A stretch of 64,000 nucleotides of DNA from the NCBI GenBank assembly GCA_038207335.1, contig JBBQZX010000010.1, positions 32,001-96,000 of the forward strand, read 5' to 3'. The position numbers and the translations under genes were made by a program. Positions 46,133-59,200 of this stretch are shown here, piece by piece (the stretch's first letter is position 1; every line of letters starts with the position of its first letter). The notes under the pieces were generated by a model. The model saw only the letters and a program-made list of their open reading frames with translations, did not search any database and was not told the DNA's origin. This DNA comes from Chthoniobacterales bacterium. GTDB taxonomy: Bacteria; Verrucomicrobiota; Verrucomicrobiia; Chthoniobacterales; Chthoniobacteraceae.

Positions 46133-47446
46133 ATGCCGCGCCTCTCCCTCCTCCTCGCCGCCTTCGTCTGCCTCTCCACGAATCTCCCCGCAGCCGAGGA
46201 CAAGCCGCGTCCGCTCATGCGCGATTTTATCGGCATGTGCGTTCACACCGTGCAGTTCAAGCCACAGCTTTACGCGCCGGTCACGAGCGTCGTCCGCGAC
46301 TATCATCCGCTGAAATGGGACATCGGGGATGACACGAGTTACGCGACGAAATTCCCGATGGCGCGCAACGGCGTCGATTGGGGGAAGATGTATGGTGGCT
46401 GGAAAATGGACGGATATCGGATCGAGGCGAGCATCCAGTTCGACGACATCCCGGCCACCGAATGGCGCGACCTCCCGCGCGATGCCGCGGCTTACGGCAA
46501 GAGCTTCGCGAGCTTTTTCGGCCCCTCTCACGAAGCTCTCGTCGAGGCCGTGGAGATCGGAAACGAACCCGGAAAATACGACGACGCCACCTACCGCACA
46601 CTCTTCACCGCGATGGCAGGCGGCGTGCGCGAGGGCGATCCGAAAATGCGCATCGCCACAGCCGCCGCAGACCTGCGCGGGAGCAGCCGCTACTTCCGCG
46701 GCATCGAAGTCTTCGCCGGTCTCGAAAGCCTCTACGACATCGTCAACATCCACACCTACGCCGACGCCGGCGGCTGGCCCACATGGCGCCGCAGCTACCC
46801 CGAGGACAGCGCGATCGAGTTCCTGAAAATCATCCGCGACACCGTGAAGTGGCGCGACGAAAAAGCGCCCGGCAAGGAAGTCTGGATCACCGAATTCGGC
46901 TGGGACGCCTCGACGAAACTCGCGCCAAAAGAAGGCGACTTCGCAAAGTGGGAAGGCTCCACCGAGCAACAACAGGCGCAGTGGATCGTGCGTGCCTACA
47001 TGGTCCTCGCACGCGAGCGAATCGATCGCGCATACCTCTATTTCTTCAACGACACCGACGACGCGCACGTCCACGGCTCCTCCGGTCTAACCCGCAATTT
47101 CGAGCCGAAGAAATCATTCTACGCCGTCGCACAACTCCAGCGCGTGCTAGGCGACTACCGCTTCACCCGAGCCGTGCGCGAGGATGCGAACGACGGGTAC
47201 ATCTACGAATTTGAAAACACTGCAACCCCGCCGCAAAAGGTCTGGGCCGCGTGGCGTACCAAGGGCGTTGAAGCGGCAATGACGCTGCCAAAACTCGAGG
47301 GCGCAAAGGTCGAAAAAGCCGAACGGATGGCCGATAGCGCTACCAGCCCTGGATCGCCCAAATTCGTCAACCAGCCCGACGGCACCGCGCAGATCGACGT
47401 GGGAGAAAGCCCGGTCTTTCTCTGGCTTGCAGACGCTCCGCACTGA
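46133..47446 (+). CDS. Secreted clan GH-A glycoside hydrolase-like protein
   Basis: Signal peptide; EIGNEP (acid/base), NIHTY, VWITEFGW (nucleophile). Confidence 0.75.
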   Translation: MPRLSLLLAAFVCLSTNLPAAEDKPRPLMRDFIGMCVHTVQFKPQLYAPVTSVVRDYHPLKWDIGDDTSYATKFPMARNGVDWGKMYGGWKMDGYRIEASIQFDDIPATEWRDLPRDAAAYGKSFASFFGPSHEALVEAVEIGNEPGKYDDATYRTLFTAMAGGVREGDPKMRIATAAADLRGSSRYFRGIEVFAGLESLYDIVNIHTYADAGGWPTWRRSYPEDSAIEFLKIIRDTVKWRDEKAPGKEVWITEFGWDASTKLAPKEGDFAKWEGSTEQQQAQWIVRAYMVLARERIDRAYLYFFNDTDDAHVHGSSGLTRNFEPKKSFYAVAQLQRVLGDYRFTRAVREDANDGYIYEFENTATPPQKVWAAWRTKGVEAAMTLPKLEGAKVEKAERMADSATSPGSPKFVNQPDGTAQIDVGESPVFLWLADAPH

Positions 47447-47544
47447 CGGCTCGCGTGCCGGTCGCCATCTTTCCAGAAGGTGACAACTTCGTGACTTGAC
47501 CGGTTTTCCGTTGCGCAGTCCCCGTGTGGCACCACGCTGACGCC

Positions 47545-49221
47545 ATGAAGCTTCCCCCGTTCCCCACGGCGTGCGGCGTGATCGCCGCTGTGGCGCTTGC
47601 TGCGGGCTCCGCGTTTGCAGACACCGTCGAGCTCGCGCTCGATCTCAATCCCGGCGCGCGCGGCTCCGGCCCATCGTATCTCGTCGCCTATCGCGGCGAG
47701 ATTTTCTTTCGCTCGAACAGCGATTTGCAGGACGTCGAACTCTGGCGCTTCGATGGCACCACGGCAGCGCGCGTCGCCGACATCAACCCAAACGGCAGCT
47801 CCACCCCCACCGACCTGACCGTCGCCAACGACACGCTCTACTTTACCGCGAATGACGGCAGCGGCCCGCGCCTGTGGTCGTGGAATGGGATCGCGGTCAC
47901 CAAAGTCGCAGCGGCGATCTCCGTGCAGAATCCGGGAGAAATGATCGCGTTCAAAGGGGATCTCTATTTTCGTGGAACGCGGTTCTCCGATGTCGGCACC
48001 GAGCTCTTTCGCTACGACGGCAGTTCGCTGCAAGTCATCGACATTTACCCCGGCACCGGCAGCGGGTACCCCCAGCATTTCGCGGAATACAGCGGCGCGC
48101 TCTATTTCAGCGCCGACGGCCAACCGGGACAAGGCTCCGAGCTGTGGCGCTACGACGGCACGACGCTCTCGAAGGCTGGCCAGAACATCAACCCCGGCAA
48201 CGGCTCCGCGCCCGCCTGGCTCACCGTCTTCGCCGGGAAGCTCTACTTTCAAGCATACGAGCCTGCGCACGGCAACGAGCTGTGGAGCTTCGACGGCACC
48301 ACATCCCAGCTCGTCGCCGATTTCGTCCCCGGTTCGCAGGGCTTCGATCCGAGCGGGCTTACGGTTTTTGAGAACGCACTCTACTTTGCAGCGAACGACC
48401 ACACTCCCGCTGGCATCGAGCTTTGGAAATTCGACGGCACGCAGTTCGCGATGATCGCCGATATCAATCCGAATCTTGCTTCCGGCGGCGACGATTTCCT
48501 CGCCGATTCGACGCCCTCGGACTTCGCCATTCATCGCGGAAAGCTCTACTTTCTCGCGACCGACGGCTCGCACGGCAGCGAGCTGTGGGTCTATTCCGGC
48601 AGCGGCGCGCCGCAGATGGTCGCCGACATTTACAGCGGCAGCTACGGGTCGAATGGAAGCGGGCTGCGCGCGATCAACGACGGCCTTTTCCTCGCCGCCG
48701 ACTCCGGCGATGGATTCGGGCAGGAGCTTTACCGGCTCGTCCCCTCGCCCGTCACGGACACGGATGGCGATGGAATGCCAGACGCTTACGAAACCGAGCA
48801 CGGGCTCAATCCGGCGCTCGACGACGCCGCGCTCGATCTCGATGGCGATGGCGTGAGCAACGGCGGCGAATACGCCGCCGGCTCCGATCCCGCGAGCCCG
48901 CCCTCCGCGTTCCGCGCCGAACTCGATGGCACCTTCCGACTCTCGTGGCCCAGCGTGCCCGGCAAGACCTACCTCGTCACCGCCGATACCGGTGCCGGCT
49001 TTCAGCCCTTCGAGACGGTGAGTGCGGCGCCCGCTCCCGCGGATCGCACGGTTTTAAAAGTCGCGCCGCCCGCGAGTGGAGCATTGCTTTTCCGAATCGG
49101 CATCGCAGCGGAAGCGCAGTCTCTTGCCGCAGCGGCGCTCGCGCCGACCATCCCGCAGGCGGCGAAAACGGTGAAGCCCGTGAAAAAAAGTGCGGCCCAC
49201 CGCCGCGTGCGTCGCCGCTAA
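47545..49221 (+). CDS. Secreted ELWxxDGT-repeat protein with Ca-binding DxDGDG motifs and C-terminal Ig-like module
   Basis: ELWRFDGT, ELFRYDGS, ELWRYDGT, ELWSFDGT, ELWKFDGT; DTDGDGMPDAYE, DLDGDGVSNGGEY..GSDP; LSWPSVPGKTY. Confidence 0.9.
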   Translation: MKLPPFPTACGVIAAVALAAGSAFADTVELALDLNPGARGSGPSYLVAYRGEIFFRSNSDLQDVELWRFDGTTAARVADINPNGSSTPTDLTVANDTLYFTANDGSGPRLWSWNGIAVTKVAAAISVQNPGEMIAFKGDLYFRGTRFSDVGTELFRYDGSSLQVIDIYPGTGSGYPQHFAEYSGALYFSADGQPGQGSELWRYDGTTLSKAGQNINPGNGSAPAWLTVFAGKLYFQAYEPAHGNELWSFDGTTSQLVADFVPGSQGFDPSGLTVFENALYFAANDHTPAGIELWKFDGTQFAMIADINPNLASGGDDFLADSTPSDFAIHRGKLYFLATDGSHGSELWVYSGSGAPQMVADIYSGSYGSNGSGLRAINDGLFLAADSGDGFGQELYRLVPSPVTDTDGDGMPDAYETEHGLNPALDDAALDLDGDGVSNGGEYAAGSDPASPPSAFRAELDGTFRLSWPSVPGKTYLVTADTGAGFQPFETVSAAPAPADRTVLKVAPPASGALLFRIGIAAEAQSLAAAALAPTIPQAAKTVKPVKKSAAHRRVRRR

Positions 49222-49251
49222 CTTTCCAAGGCGGCAGGCAGCCGCTCACGA

Positions 49252-49941
49252 TCAAAGAGCCTCGAATTTGTAGCCGAATTCGCGGACGGTTTTGATATGC
49301 TGCGGCGTGACGGGGTCGGGTTCGATCTTTGCGCGGAGGGCGTTGATGAAGCGGTCGATGCTGCGCAACGTGACGCTGCAATCGTAGCCCCAGACGCTGC
49401 TCATGATGGTGTCGCGGCTGAGCGCGCGGCCCGCATTCGTGACGAGATATGCGAGCAGATCGAACTCCTTTGGCGAGAGCGGGACGTCGTTCCCGGCTCG
49501 GGTGAGCGTGTGCGCTGCAGTGTCGAGTTGGCATTTTCCAAACTCGAAAACGTGTGAGGCTGGGAGACGCCGACGGCGCAGGACCGCGTCGGCGCGGGCA
49601 AGCAGTTCCTTGATGCTGAATGGCTTCGTGACGTAGTCGTCTGCGCCGAGTTTCAGGCCGAGCACGATGTCGGAATCCTGGCCTTTCGCAGTGAGCATGA
49701 TGACGGGCATCTCGAGCTTTTCCTCGCGGAGGAAGCGGCAGATTTCGTAGCCATTCACCTTCGGCAGCATCAGGTCCAGGATGATGAGGTCGGGCTGGAT
49801 TTTGAGCGCGGTTTTGAGCCCGGCATCGCCATCCGCGGCGGTGGCGACGCGGTATCCCTCGAACTCGAAATTGTCCTTCAGCCCGCGCAGCATGGCGGGG
49901 TCGTCTTCGATGATAAGGACGGTTTCGGTGCGCGCGTGCAT
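49252..49941 (-). CDS. OmpR-family response regulator
   Basis: IEDD, LDLMLP, LTAKG, GADDYVTKPF, LSPKEFDLL, TVREFGYKF. Confidence 0.95.
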   Translation of the reverse strand: MHARTETVLIIEDDPAMLRGLKDNFEFEGYRVATAADGDAGLKTALKIQPDLIILDLMLPKVNGYEICRFLREEKLEMPVIMLTAKGQDSDIVLGLKLGADDYVTKPFSIKELLARADAVLRRRRLPASHVFEFGKCQLDTAAHTLTRAGNDVPLSPKEFDLLAYLVTNAGRALSRDTIMSSVWGYDCSVTLRSIDRFINALRAKIEPDPVTPQHIKTVREFGYKFEAL

Positions 49942-49950
49942 CCTCGGATT

Positions 49951-51165
49951 CTACGCGACGGGCAAGGTGAAGGTGAAGGTGCTGCCGCGATTTTCCTCGC
50001 TGGTGACTTCGATCTTCCCGCCATGCGCGGCGACGATTTCGCGGACGATGCTGAGGCCGAGACCACAGCCTTCGCGGGTGCGCGAGAGCTTTTGGTCGGC
50101 TTGAAAAAAGGGGTCGAAGATGTGCCGACGGTCGGCTTCGGAGAGACCGATGCCGTTGTCACTGACGGCGAATTTCACGCCTGCTGATTCCGCGGAAACG
50201 TGCAGTCCGATCTGCTTCTCGGTGCCGGAATATTTGAGCGCATTTTCCAGGAGATTGGTGAGGACCGTGACGAGTGCGTCGCGGTCTCCGCGCACCTCGG
50301 GAAGGCCGCTTTCGATTTCTTCGCGGAACTCGCAGTCGGGAACAGTGAGCCGCGAAGCAAGCATCTGTGAGGCTTGCGCGGCGATCGAGATCGGCGCGAG
50401 CGATGCGAAATCGAATTTCCTACGGCCACTTTCCAACCGCGAGAGGGCTAGAAAATTCTCGGTGAGACGGCTGAGGCGCAGGTTCTCCGCCGCGATGAGA
50501 TCGAGATATTCGGCCTGCTTTTCGGCTTCCGGACAGCGGCCCTCGCGGATGGTATCGACGAGCATCCGCATGGAGCTCAGCGGCGTGCGCAGCTCGTGCG
50601 CGATGGTCGCGAGCGATGTGCTTTTCAATTCATGCAGTCGGAGCTGCCGCGAGACCGTGAGCCCAGCGGCGGCTGCGATGCCGCAGATCGCCACTACCGA
50701 GATGAGCGCGGTCCATGCGTAAATTTTGAACTGGTCGCGCACCTCGTCGCGGATGGCGGAATCATCCACCAGATAGAGCTGCGCCTGCCACGCGGGTGGC
50801 GCGACTTTCAACCACGCCTGCGCGATGAGCCGGCCCGGCGGCGAGGCCGGACCGGCGACAATTTTCCCGCTGTCGTCGCGGATCGCGACCTCGATCTCAC
50901 GGTCGAAAAGCGTGCGGTAAAATGCGCGCACGTCCTCCGATTTTGGCGGCGCGGCGCGCGCGGCGAGATGCTTCGCGAGGGAGGCGTCGGCGCTGCCGAG
51001 CGTCTCGCGATACACATTCGCCGCGCGCTCCATCGCGGCGTCGCGCTCGCCGTGGAGGGCATCGGTCATGAAGCGCAGCATGAGCACCATCGGGATGAAT
51101 GGCACGAGGACGAGCAGCAGCAGGAGCGCGCGAAGCTGCTTGGGTTTGATTTCGTGCGGGGTCAT
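49951..51165 (-). CDS. Sensor histidine kinase (two TM)
   Basis: AHELRTPL, NLLENALKYS, DNGIG, IFDPFFQ, GCGLGLSIV. Confidence 0.95.
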   Translation of the reverse strand: MTPHEIKPKQLRALLLLLVLVPFIPMVLMLRFMTDALHGERDAAMERAANVYRETLGSADASLAKHLAARAAPPKSEDVRAFYRTLFDREIEVAIRDDSGKIVAGPASPPGRLIAQAWLKVAPPAWQAQLYLVDDSAIRDEVRDQFKIYAWTALISVVAICGIAAAAGLTVSRQLRLHELKSTSLATIAHELRTPLSSMRMLVDTIREGRCPEAEKQAEYLDLIAAENLRLSRLTENFLALSRLESGRRKFDFASLAPISIAAQASQMLASRLTVPDCEFREEIESGLPEVRGDRDALVTVLTNLLENALKYSGTEKQIGLHVSAESAGVKFAVSDNGIGLSEADRRHIFDPFFQADQKLSRTREGCGLGLSIVREIVAAHGGKIEVTSEENRGSTFTFTLPVA

Positions 51166-51189
51166 CGGGAAGTGGCTTGCGCGCAGGAT

Positions 51190-51858
51190 TCAGCGGGCGG
51201 GCTCGAGGAGCTTCACGTCGCTGCCCATGTAGTCGCCGACTTGCAGGGCGTTCTTGGATTTGTCGTCGGCGCGCGGGATGTAGCGCTGTGTGGCGGAGCC
51301 GAGCAGCGGGACGATGTGCGCGCTGATGTCGGAATTGACGACGATGGCTTTGCGTCCTTTCCACAAGCCGCCGAGGTCGCCCTCACGGTCGGAGTAATGG
51401 CCGGAGCCGTCGGTGGCATCGGCGATGAGCGGCCACGTCGAGGTGGAGCTGGTGCCGAGGCCTGAGACGTAGGCCCAGTGGTTTTCGCCACGCTCGAGCA
51501 TCTGCGCAGGCGTCTCCAGTTTGTTGTCGGCGCTCGGACCGGCTTTCGACCCGGCCACGGTGAAGACTTTTTCATTGTCGAGATACACCGGGATGAGGCT
51601 GCGGAAGGCGTCGTTGGATGTGACGATTTCCTCTTCGTAGATGTTGCGCTTGGTGGGATAGACGCCGTCGTAGTCGCCGGCATACATGCGCAGCGCGAGG
51701 CCGATTTGGCGCGCGCTGTTGAGCGCCGCGGCCTGTTTGCCGTTCATGATCGCGTTGTTGTAAACGGGCATCGCGATGCCCGCGAGGATGGAGATGATGC
51801 TGATGACGACGAGGAGCTCGATGAGCGTGAACGCCGCCTGGAGGATGCTTTTTTTCAT
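51190..51858 (-). CDS. Prepilin-type N-terminal cleavage/methylation protein (PVC-type)
   Basis: AFTLIELLVVISIISILAGIAMP...NSARQIGLALRMYAGDYDGVYP. Confidence 0.9.
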   Translation of the reverse strand: MKKSILQAAFTLIELLVVISIISILAGIAMPVYNNAIMNGKQAAALNSARQIGLALRMYAGDYDGVYPTKRNIYEEEIVTSNDAFRSLIPVYLDNEKVFTVAGSKAGPSADNKLETPAQMLERGENHWAYVSGLGTSSTSTWPLIADATDGSGHYSDREGDLGGLWKGRKAIVVNSDISAHIVPLLGSATQRYIPRADDKSKNALQVGDYMGSDVKLLEPAR

Positions 51859-52036
51859 GGCACTGAGGGTCTTTCTATGTTGCTGCATTTTTGTGCGCGC
51901 ACCGCGGGATTACGGCGCTGCGATGCGTAAAGACTCCCCTGCCCGTGTTATGGATTCGTTACCGAGCGATGCGGGTTCGGTTCTTTTTTTGGAAAGGTCG
52001 CATTGTGCGCCGCACGGGATTTTGGAGAATCAGGGG

Positions 52037-53128
52037 ATGCGTCCCTCTTTCCCGCTGCTCCTCTGCGCTCTCGTCGGCACCTCATCGCTCCGCGGCGCGG
52101 AGACTCTGCGGGAGACGGCTGGCAAGCGGCTCCTGGTGGGCTGCGCCTTGGCGACGCGCGACCTCGGCGATGCAAAGCTCACCGCGCTGGCGACGGAGCA
52201 GTTCAGCTGCATTACCCCCGAGTATGAGTTCATGCCGGAGAAGCTGGTGGATGACGCCGGAAAGTTCACTTTCGAGACAGCGGATCGCGTGGTCGCGTTT
52301 GCGGAAACGCATCACCTGCCGGTCTTCGGCCACATGCTCGTCTGGCATTTCGTGACACGGAAGTGGCTCTTTGAAAGTCCCGATGGAAAGCCGCTGCCGC
52401 GCGAGAAGGCGCTCGCGAATTTGAAGACATACATCGACGGCGTCGTCGGGCACTACAAAGGGCGGATCAAAGCGTGGGACGTGGTGAACGAGGGCATCAG
52501 CGACAAGGACGGCGAGTATTTGAAGGACACGCCTGCGCTGCGGGCGATCGGCGAGGATTACATCGAGAAGGCGTTCGAGTTCGCGCACGCCGCAGACCTA
52601 CAGGCCGAGCTTTATTACAACGACTACAACATCGAGCAGGGCGGCAAACTCGACCGGACGCTGAAGCTCGTCCATGCGCTCCAGCAGAAAGGCGTGCGGC
52701 TCGATGCAGTGGGAATCCAAGGCCACTGGCTCATCGACTGGCCGCCGACCGACACGATCGAAAAGGCGATCGACGCGCTCGCGGCGACAGGGGTGAAAGT
52801 GATGGTCACGGAAATGGATGTCGATCCGCTGCCGCGCAACGTGAGCGGCGCGGACATGGCGCAGGCGGAAAAAGGTGCGAACCCCTACCCCACCAGCCTG
52901 CCGCCCGAGGTGCAGGCGAAGCTCGCGAAACGCTACGGCGAGATCGTCGCCGCGATCGTGCGGCATCCTTCGGTGACGATGCTCGGCTTCTGGGGAATCC
53001 ACGACGGGCGCTCATGGCTGAACGACTTCCCGGTGAAGGGCCGCACGAATTACCCGTTGCTCTTCGATCGCCAATATCAGCCGAAGCCGGCCTTCGAGGC
53101 CGTAATCAAGGCACTGAAAGCGGTATAA
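52037..53128 (+). CDS. GH10 endo-1,4-beta-xylanase
   Basis: ITPEYEFMP, GHMLVWH, WDVVNE, YYNDYN, GIQGH, VTEMDV, YPLLFD. Confidence 0.95.
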   Translation: MRPSFPLLLCALVGTSSLRGAETLRETAGKRLLVGCALATRDLGDAKLTALATEQFSCITPEYEFMPEKLVDDAGKFTFETADRVVAFAETHHLPVFGHMLVWHFVTRKWLFESPDGKPLPREKALANLKTYIDGVVGHYKGRIKAWDVVNEGISDKDGEYLKDTPALRAIGEDYIEKAFEFAHAADLQAELYYNDYNIEQGGKLDRTLKLVHALQQKGVRLDAVGIQGHWLIDWPPTDTIEKAIDALAATGVKVMVTEMDVDPLPRNVSGADMAQAEKGANPYPTSLPPEVQAKLAKRYGEIVAAIVRHPSVTMLGFWGIHDGRSWLNDFPVKGRTNYPLLFDRQYQPKPAFEAVIKALKAV

Positions 53129-53133
53129 GCCGC

Positions 53134-54915
<1,782 letters not shown>

Positions 54916-54978
54916 TGGTAAAAGGGGCGTGGAAATTAGCGGGCGAGTCGTGCGGTGGCAAGCACGCGGGCTGGGCGA

Positions 54979-55788
54979 CTAAAGAGATATCTGATCACCG
55001 AACAGCCTTTCAAAGTTGGCTTCGATTTGCTGGGCGAGGGCCTCGGAGGAGGCGCCGCGAAGTTCGGCGAGAGTGGTGTAGGCGAGTTCGATGTTCGCGG
55101 GATGGCTGAGCGCTTTTCCGTTGGTGTCGGTGAGCGGGTCGCGTGTACGCGCGGGCGGCGGAGCCATGTCGGGCGCATCGGTCTCGACGAGGAGTCGGTC
55201 GGCGGGGAGGTCGTGGAAGATGTCGCGGATGGCGGCTTTTCTTTCGTGGAGAAAGTAGGACGAAAAGGAGAAGTGCGCGCCGCGGTCCAGGAAGCCTGAG
55301 ACCATCTCGGCGGGGCCGCCGAATGCGTGGAGCAAGAAGCCGCGCGCGGGCACCGGTCGCTCGCGGATCAAGTCCCAGAGCGGGCCCCACGCTTTTAAGC
55401 AGTGGATCGAGGCGGGAAGATTGCGCTCGGCGGCGAGGGCGAGTTGCCACTCGAATGCCTCGATTTGACGCGGCAAATCGTGCGGCTCGATCCAGCGGTC
55501 GAGGCCGATTTCACCGATGCCCGCGCGCGCATGCGCATCGAGTTTTTCGAGCAGGCGCTCGCGCCAAACGGCGGATGCATTTTCGACGAACCACGGATGC
55601 AGCCCGAATGACGGCACGATCCAATCGTGCTCAGCGGCAAGCCGCGCAACGTCGTTCCAATCGGCCTCGCAAGTGCCATTCACGACCGCACGGTATCCGT
55701 CGAGATGCGCGAGCCTCTCGAAAATCTCAGCGCGATGCGGGACGAGGCGCGCATCGTGCAGATGGTTGTGGGCGTCGAGAAAAGTCAC
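54979..55788 (-). CDS. TatD family hydrolase
   Basis: DAHNHL, GLHPW, IGEIGLD, SIHC, LHAF, LVETDAP; GTG start overlapping the sufE stop. Confidence 0.92.
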   Translation of the reverse strand: MTFLDAHNHLHDARLVPHRAEIFERLAHLDGYRAVVNGTCEADWNDVARLAAEHDWIVPSFGLHPWFVENASAVWRERLLEKLDAHARAGIGEIGLDRWIEPHDLPRQIEAFEWQLALAAERNLPASIHCLKAWGPLWDLIRERPVPARGFLLHAFGGPAEMVSGFLDRGAHFSFSSYFLHERKAAIRDIFHDLPADRLLVETDAPDMAPPPARTRDPLTDTNGKALSHPANIELAYTTLAELRGASSEALAQQIEANFERLFGDQISL

Positions 55789-56201
55789 GCTCTGAGCGAT
55801 TGCGCCGCGAATTCGCGGATCGCGCGCCGCAGCGATTCGAGGCCGATGCGGCGGGTGTGGGTGAGTTGCGCAGTAAGGCCGAGCTTTTCCAAAATGTCGC
55901 CATCGTGCGCGACGATCTCGACTGGCGGGCAAGCGGTAAACACTTCGCACACCAGCGCCGCGAGACCGCGGACGAGCGTGGACTCGGCATCGACGCGGAA
56001 GTGGCACACCTCGCCGTCGTGGTCGCAAAGCAGCCAGACGCGGGAGATGCAGCCCTGCACGCGGTTGGCCTCGGTGCGGTGCTCAGTGTCGAACGGTGGC
56101 TCATTTTTCACTCGATCGACGACTGCGGCGAGGCGCTCGTGCGCGTCTTCGATGATGCCGATGCGGCGGACGAGGCGCTGCTCGTTTTCAAAGACCAGCA
56201 T
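55785..56201 (-). CDS. SufE/CsdE family sulfur-acceptor protein
   Basis: NRVQGCISRVWL, DAESTLVRGL, LTHTRRIGL. Confidence 0.9.
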   Translation of the reverse strand: MLVFENEQRLVRRIGIIEDAHERLAAVVDRVKNEPPFDTEHRTEANRVQGCISRVWLLCDHDGEVCHFRVDAESTLVRGLAALVCEVFTACPPVEIVAHDGDILEKLGLTAQLTHTRRIGLESLRRAIREFAAQSLRA

Positions 56202-56207
56202 CGCGCG

Positions 56208-59200
56208 CTACCGCAGACGGATGAAGACGTCGTCGGTGTCCTGGCCGGACGCGCCGTTGTCGATGAGCGCGGGTCCAGCGGCGAGGTCGATGGCTGCCGC
56301 GCCGGGGATTTTCAAGCTCTTGATCGAGGCGGCTTCGATGACGGACGCGAGCGGATTTCCCGCGTTGTATGCGCCAGTTGCGCCGGTGAAGAATTTCAGA
56401 GCGCCGATGCTGCTGCGGGTTCCGCTAGCAGCGCCGAAGCCGGCGACCGCGTCGGCGTCATCCGCAAATCCGCCCGCACCCGGGGCGATGCCAGCGGCGG
56501 CCGTGGAGGCGATGAAGGCGCCTTTTTTCGACGTGATCGCGGCGATGCTGGCGGAGTGCTGAAAGAGGTCGTCGCCACCACCGATCGCACGGTCTGCGCC
56601 GAGCAGCGCGCCGGCAAGGATCCTGACCGTGTTGATGTCGCCGGCGGCGGTGAGCTTTCCGATGCTGCCGCCCGCTGCGATGACGCTGGAGGTGAGCGCA
56701 CCGGAAACCGTGAGCGCGCCGAGCGACGCATTCCGAAGCCGTCCGGCGGCGGCTTTCGAGGAATCGGCGCTGAGCGCCGCGACGTCGAGCGCCTGCCCTG
56801 CGAGGATCATGCTGTTGGTTAGCGTGCCGAACTCCGAGGTCGTTGAGGTTACTTTGATCGAGCCGATTTTGCCGTCAGAAATGACGCTTAGATTCGACGC
56901 CTGAAAGCCGGTCGCGTCGCCGCCGAGCGTGATATTTCCGATACTTTCGGTCGCGATGTAGGCAGCGAACTGCACCGCGCGCACGTCGGTGCCGGAGTTC
57001 TTTGCGTGGCCGACGGTGATCTTCGTCGCGCCGATGGTCGCGGCGCTGAATGTGACGCCGTCGAGGCCGAGCGCGGCGCCGCCCTGCCCGCCGAGCGACA
57101 CGCTGATATTGCCGATCGAGCCGGGCACATTGCCCGCATCCAGCGCGGTGAATGTGCTGTTGCGAATGCCGGTGAGATCGACGCCGGAAGCGTTTTTATC
57201 GGCGGTGAGTTTCACGCTCAGGTTGCCGATTTTCGCGGCTTGAATGTGGACGTTCTCAATGCCGGTCGTGCTGCCCTGGAGTTTGCCGAGTTTCACGTCG
57301 ATTCCGGAGAAATTCCCGGGCGTCGTGAGTTCGTAGTTTTGCAGGACACCGGAGAGCGTTTTGATTTTTCCGAGCAGCCCATCGGTCGTGACGATTGAGT
57401 GGTCGTTCACGCCGCCGGTCTGCGTGCCGAGGAAGGAAAACGCGGTGATGCCGGCGATGCTCGGCGCGCTGAGCGACCCGTTGAAGGAGCCGCGGATGTT
57501 GAGTTTTTTCAGCGGCGAAAGTGAGACGACGCTGCCGGTGAAATCGCTCGCGACGGTGAAGACGGCGACGCCTTTCGCATCGTCGTCGGTGAGCGTGAGC
57601 GTGCCCGCGAAGCCTTCGCCGCCGTTGCCAACCGTCACTTTCCCGAGGCTGCCCGCTGTGATGCTCGCGCCGGCGAGGAACGCATCGGCATCGAACGCGA
57701 CGACATTTCCCTCGATGACGCTGCCGCTGCTGCCCCAAGAGCCGTCCTCGATGGTCATCGTGCCGACATTGGCAGTGGTGTTTTCGCCGTTGTGCAACTT
57801 ATCGATCTCGAGGATCGCGTAGAAATCGCCGGTCTGGACGTTGAGATTCCCAATCGACTGCGTGGTGCGGATGTAACCGATCGAGTCCCAGCGATGGATG
57901 AGGATATTATCGAGTCCGCCGCCACCGACTCCGCCGGCCGTGCCGTCGCCGATGACGTTGATTTCCACGCCCGCACCGAGGACGTCGTGGATGAGAATAT
58001 TGGGCCGATTATTGTAGGTATCGGAGGCGGTCTTGTTGTTCGGGATATTGTAGGGGAGATTTCCGCCGAGGTGCAGAATCGTATTCGGAGCGATGTCGTA
58101 AAGCCGCAGGGCGATGACGCGCCCGCCGATTTCGAGGTCGGGATCCGTGTCGAAAATACCGCTGCCGAGCGTGCTGTTTTTTGGCAGAAAGAGGGCGCCT
58201 AAATCTTCGCTGAACTCGCCGAGGACTTTGCCGATCGTGGTCGTACCGAGGCCGCTGCCGGCCTGTTTGAGTTCGATGATGACATCCGTTTTCAGGGTTG
58301 TGCCGGAGAGGTAGAGTGTTTCGAGGTCGGCGAAATCGCTCACGCCGTTTTGAAGCACGATCTCCGCTGAGCCCGGCCCGGAAATGCGGACGGTGATCTC
58401 ATCTCCGTCGGCATCGTGGAAAGTGCGTGTGTGTGCGGCATCGACGAACGTATCCGGGAGGAGCTGCGAGGCGAAAAAGTTTGCGCCCTTCGCTGTTGAG
58501 CTTTTGGCACCGCCGAGGTCGCCTTTTCCCGTGTAGGAGCCGGTGACGAAAAGGAGTCCGCTTGGATCGACCGTCGCACCGTGGATTTCGCCGCGTAGGC
58601 TGGTGTCCGAGAAGCCGCCGACGAAGGCGAACGTGCTCGTGAATTCCGCCAGAAAAAATCCGTTCCCGACGAGAGCGATACCGGGGCTTGGATCGAGATC
58701 GAGGGACGAATCTGAGTGGCCAATGAGGTAGATGTGGCCATTCGCGTCGACGGTGACGGCGTCTCCCACATCGCGCCCAGCGCCGCCGAAAGTGATCGCG
58801 TTGAGCAGATCGCCGGCGCTGCCGATCGAAAGCAGGAAGACATCGCCATTTCCTGCGCCTGACTCCGTGAGCTGGAAATCTCCCATCAGCCCGATGAGCG
58901 GCGAGCCGGTGAAGCGCCCGGTGACGAGGAAATTTCCCTGCGGGTCGGCAGTGATCCCTCTCCCGCCGTCATCGCGCGGGCCGTAAATTTCGGTGTGCCA
59001 GATGACAGTTCCGTCGCCGCCGGAAAATTTCGCGATGAATGCGTCGGCGTTGAATGGGGTGCCGTTCAAGCGATCGGGGCTGCCGCCGATATTGAAATCC
59101 GGCGTGCCGTTGAAGTAGCCGGTCGCGCCGATGTCTCCGTTTATATCGTATGCGAGACCGAAGACGAATGCAGCGGAGTCGGTATCTCCGAGTTGCCGCA

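Noticed and set aside
43697..47074. 1125-aa minus-strand ORF and other long antisense ORFs (4389-5981, 22063-23796, 27899-29416, 52474-54921)
   Set aside because: Shadow ORFs opposite well-supported genes, expected in high-GC DNA; no motifs of their own
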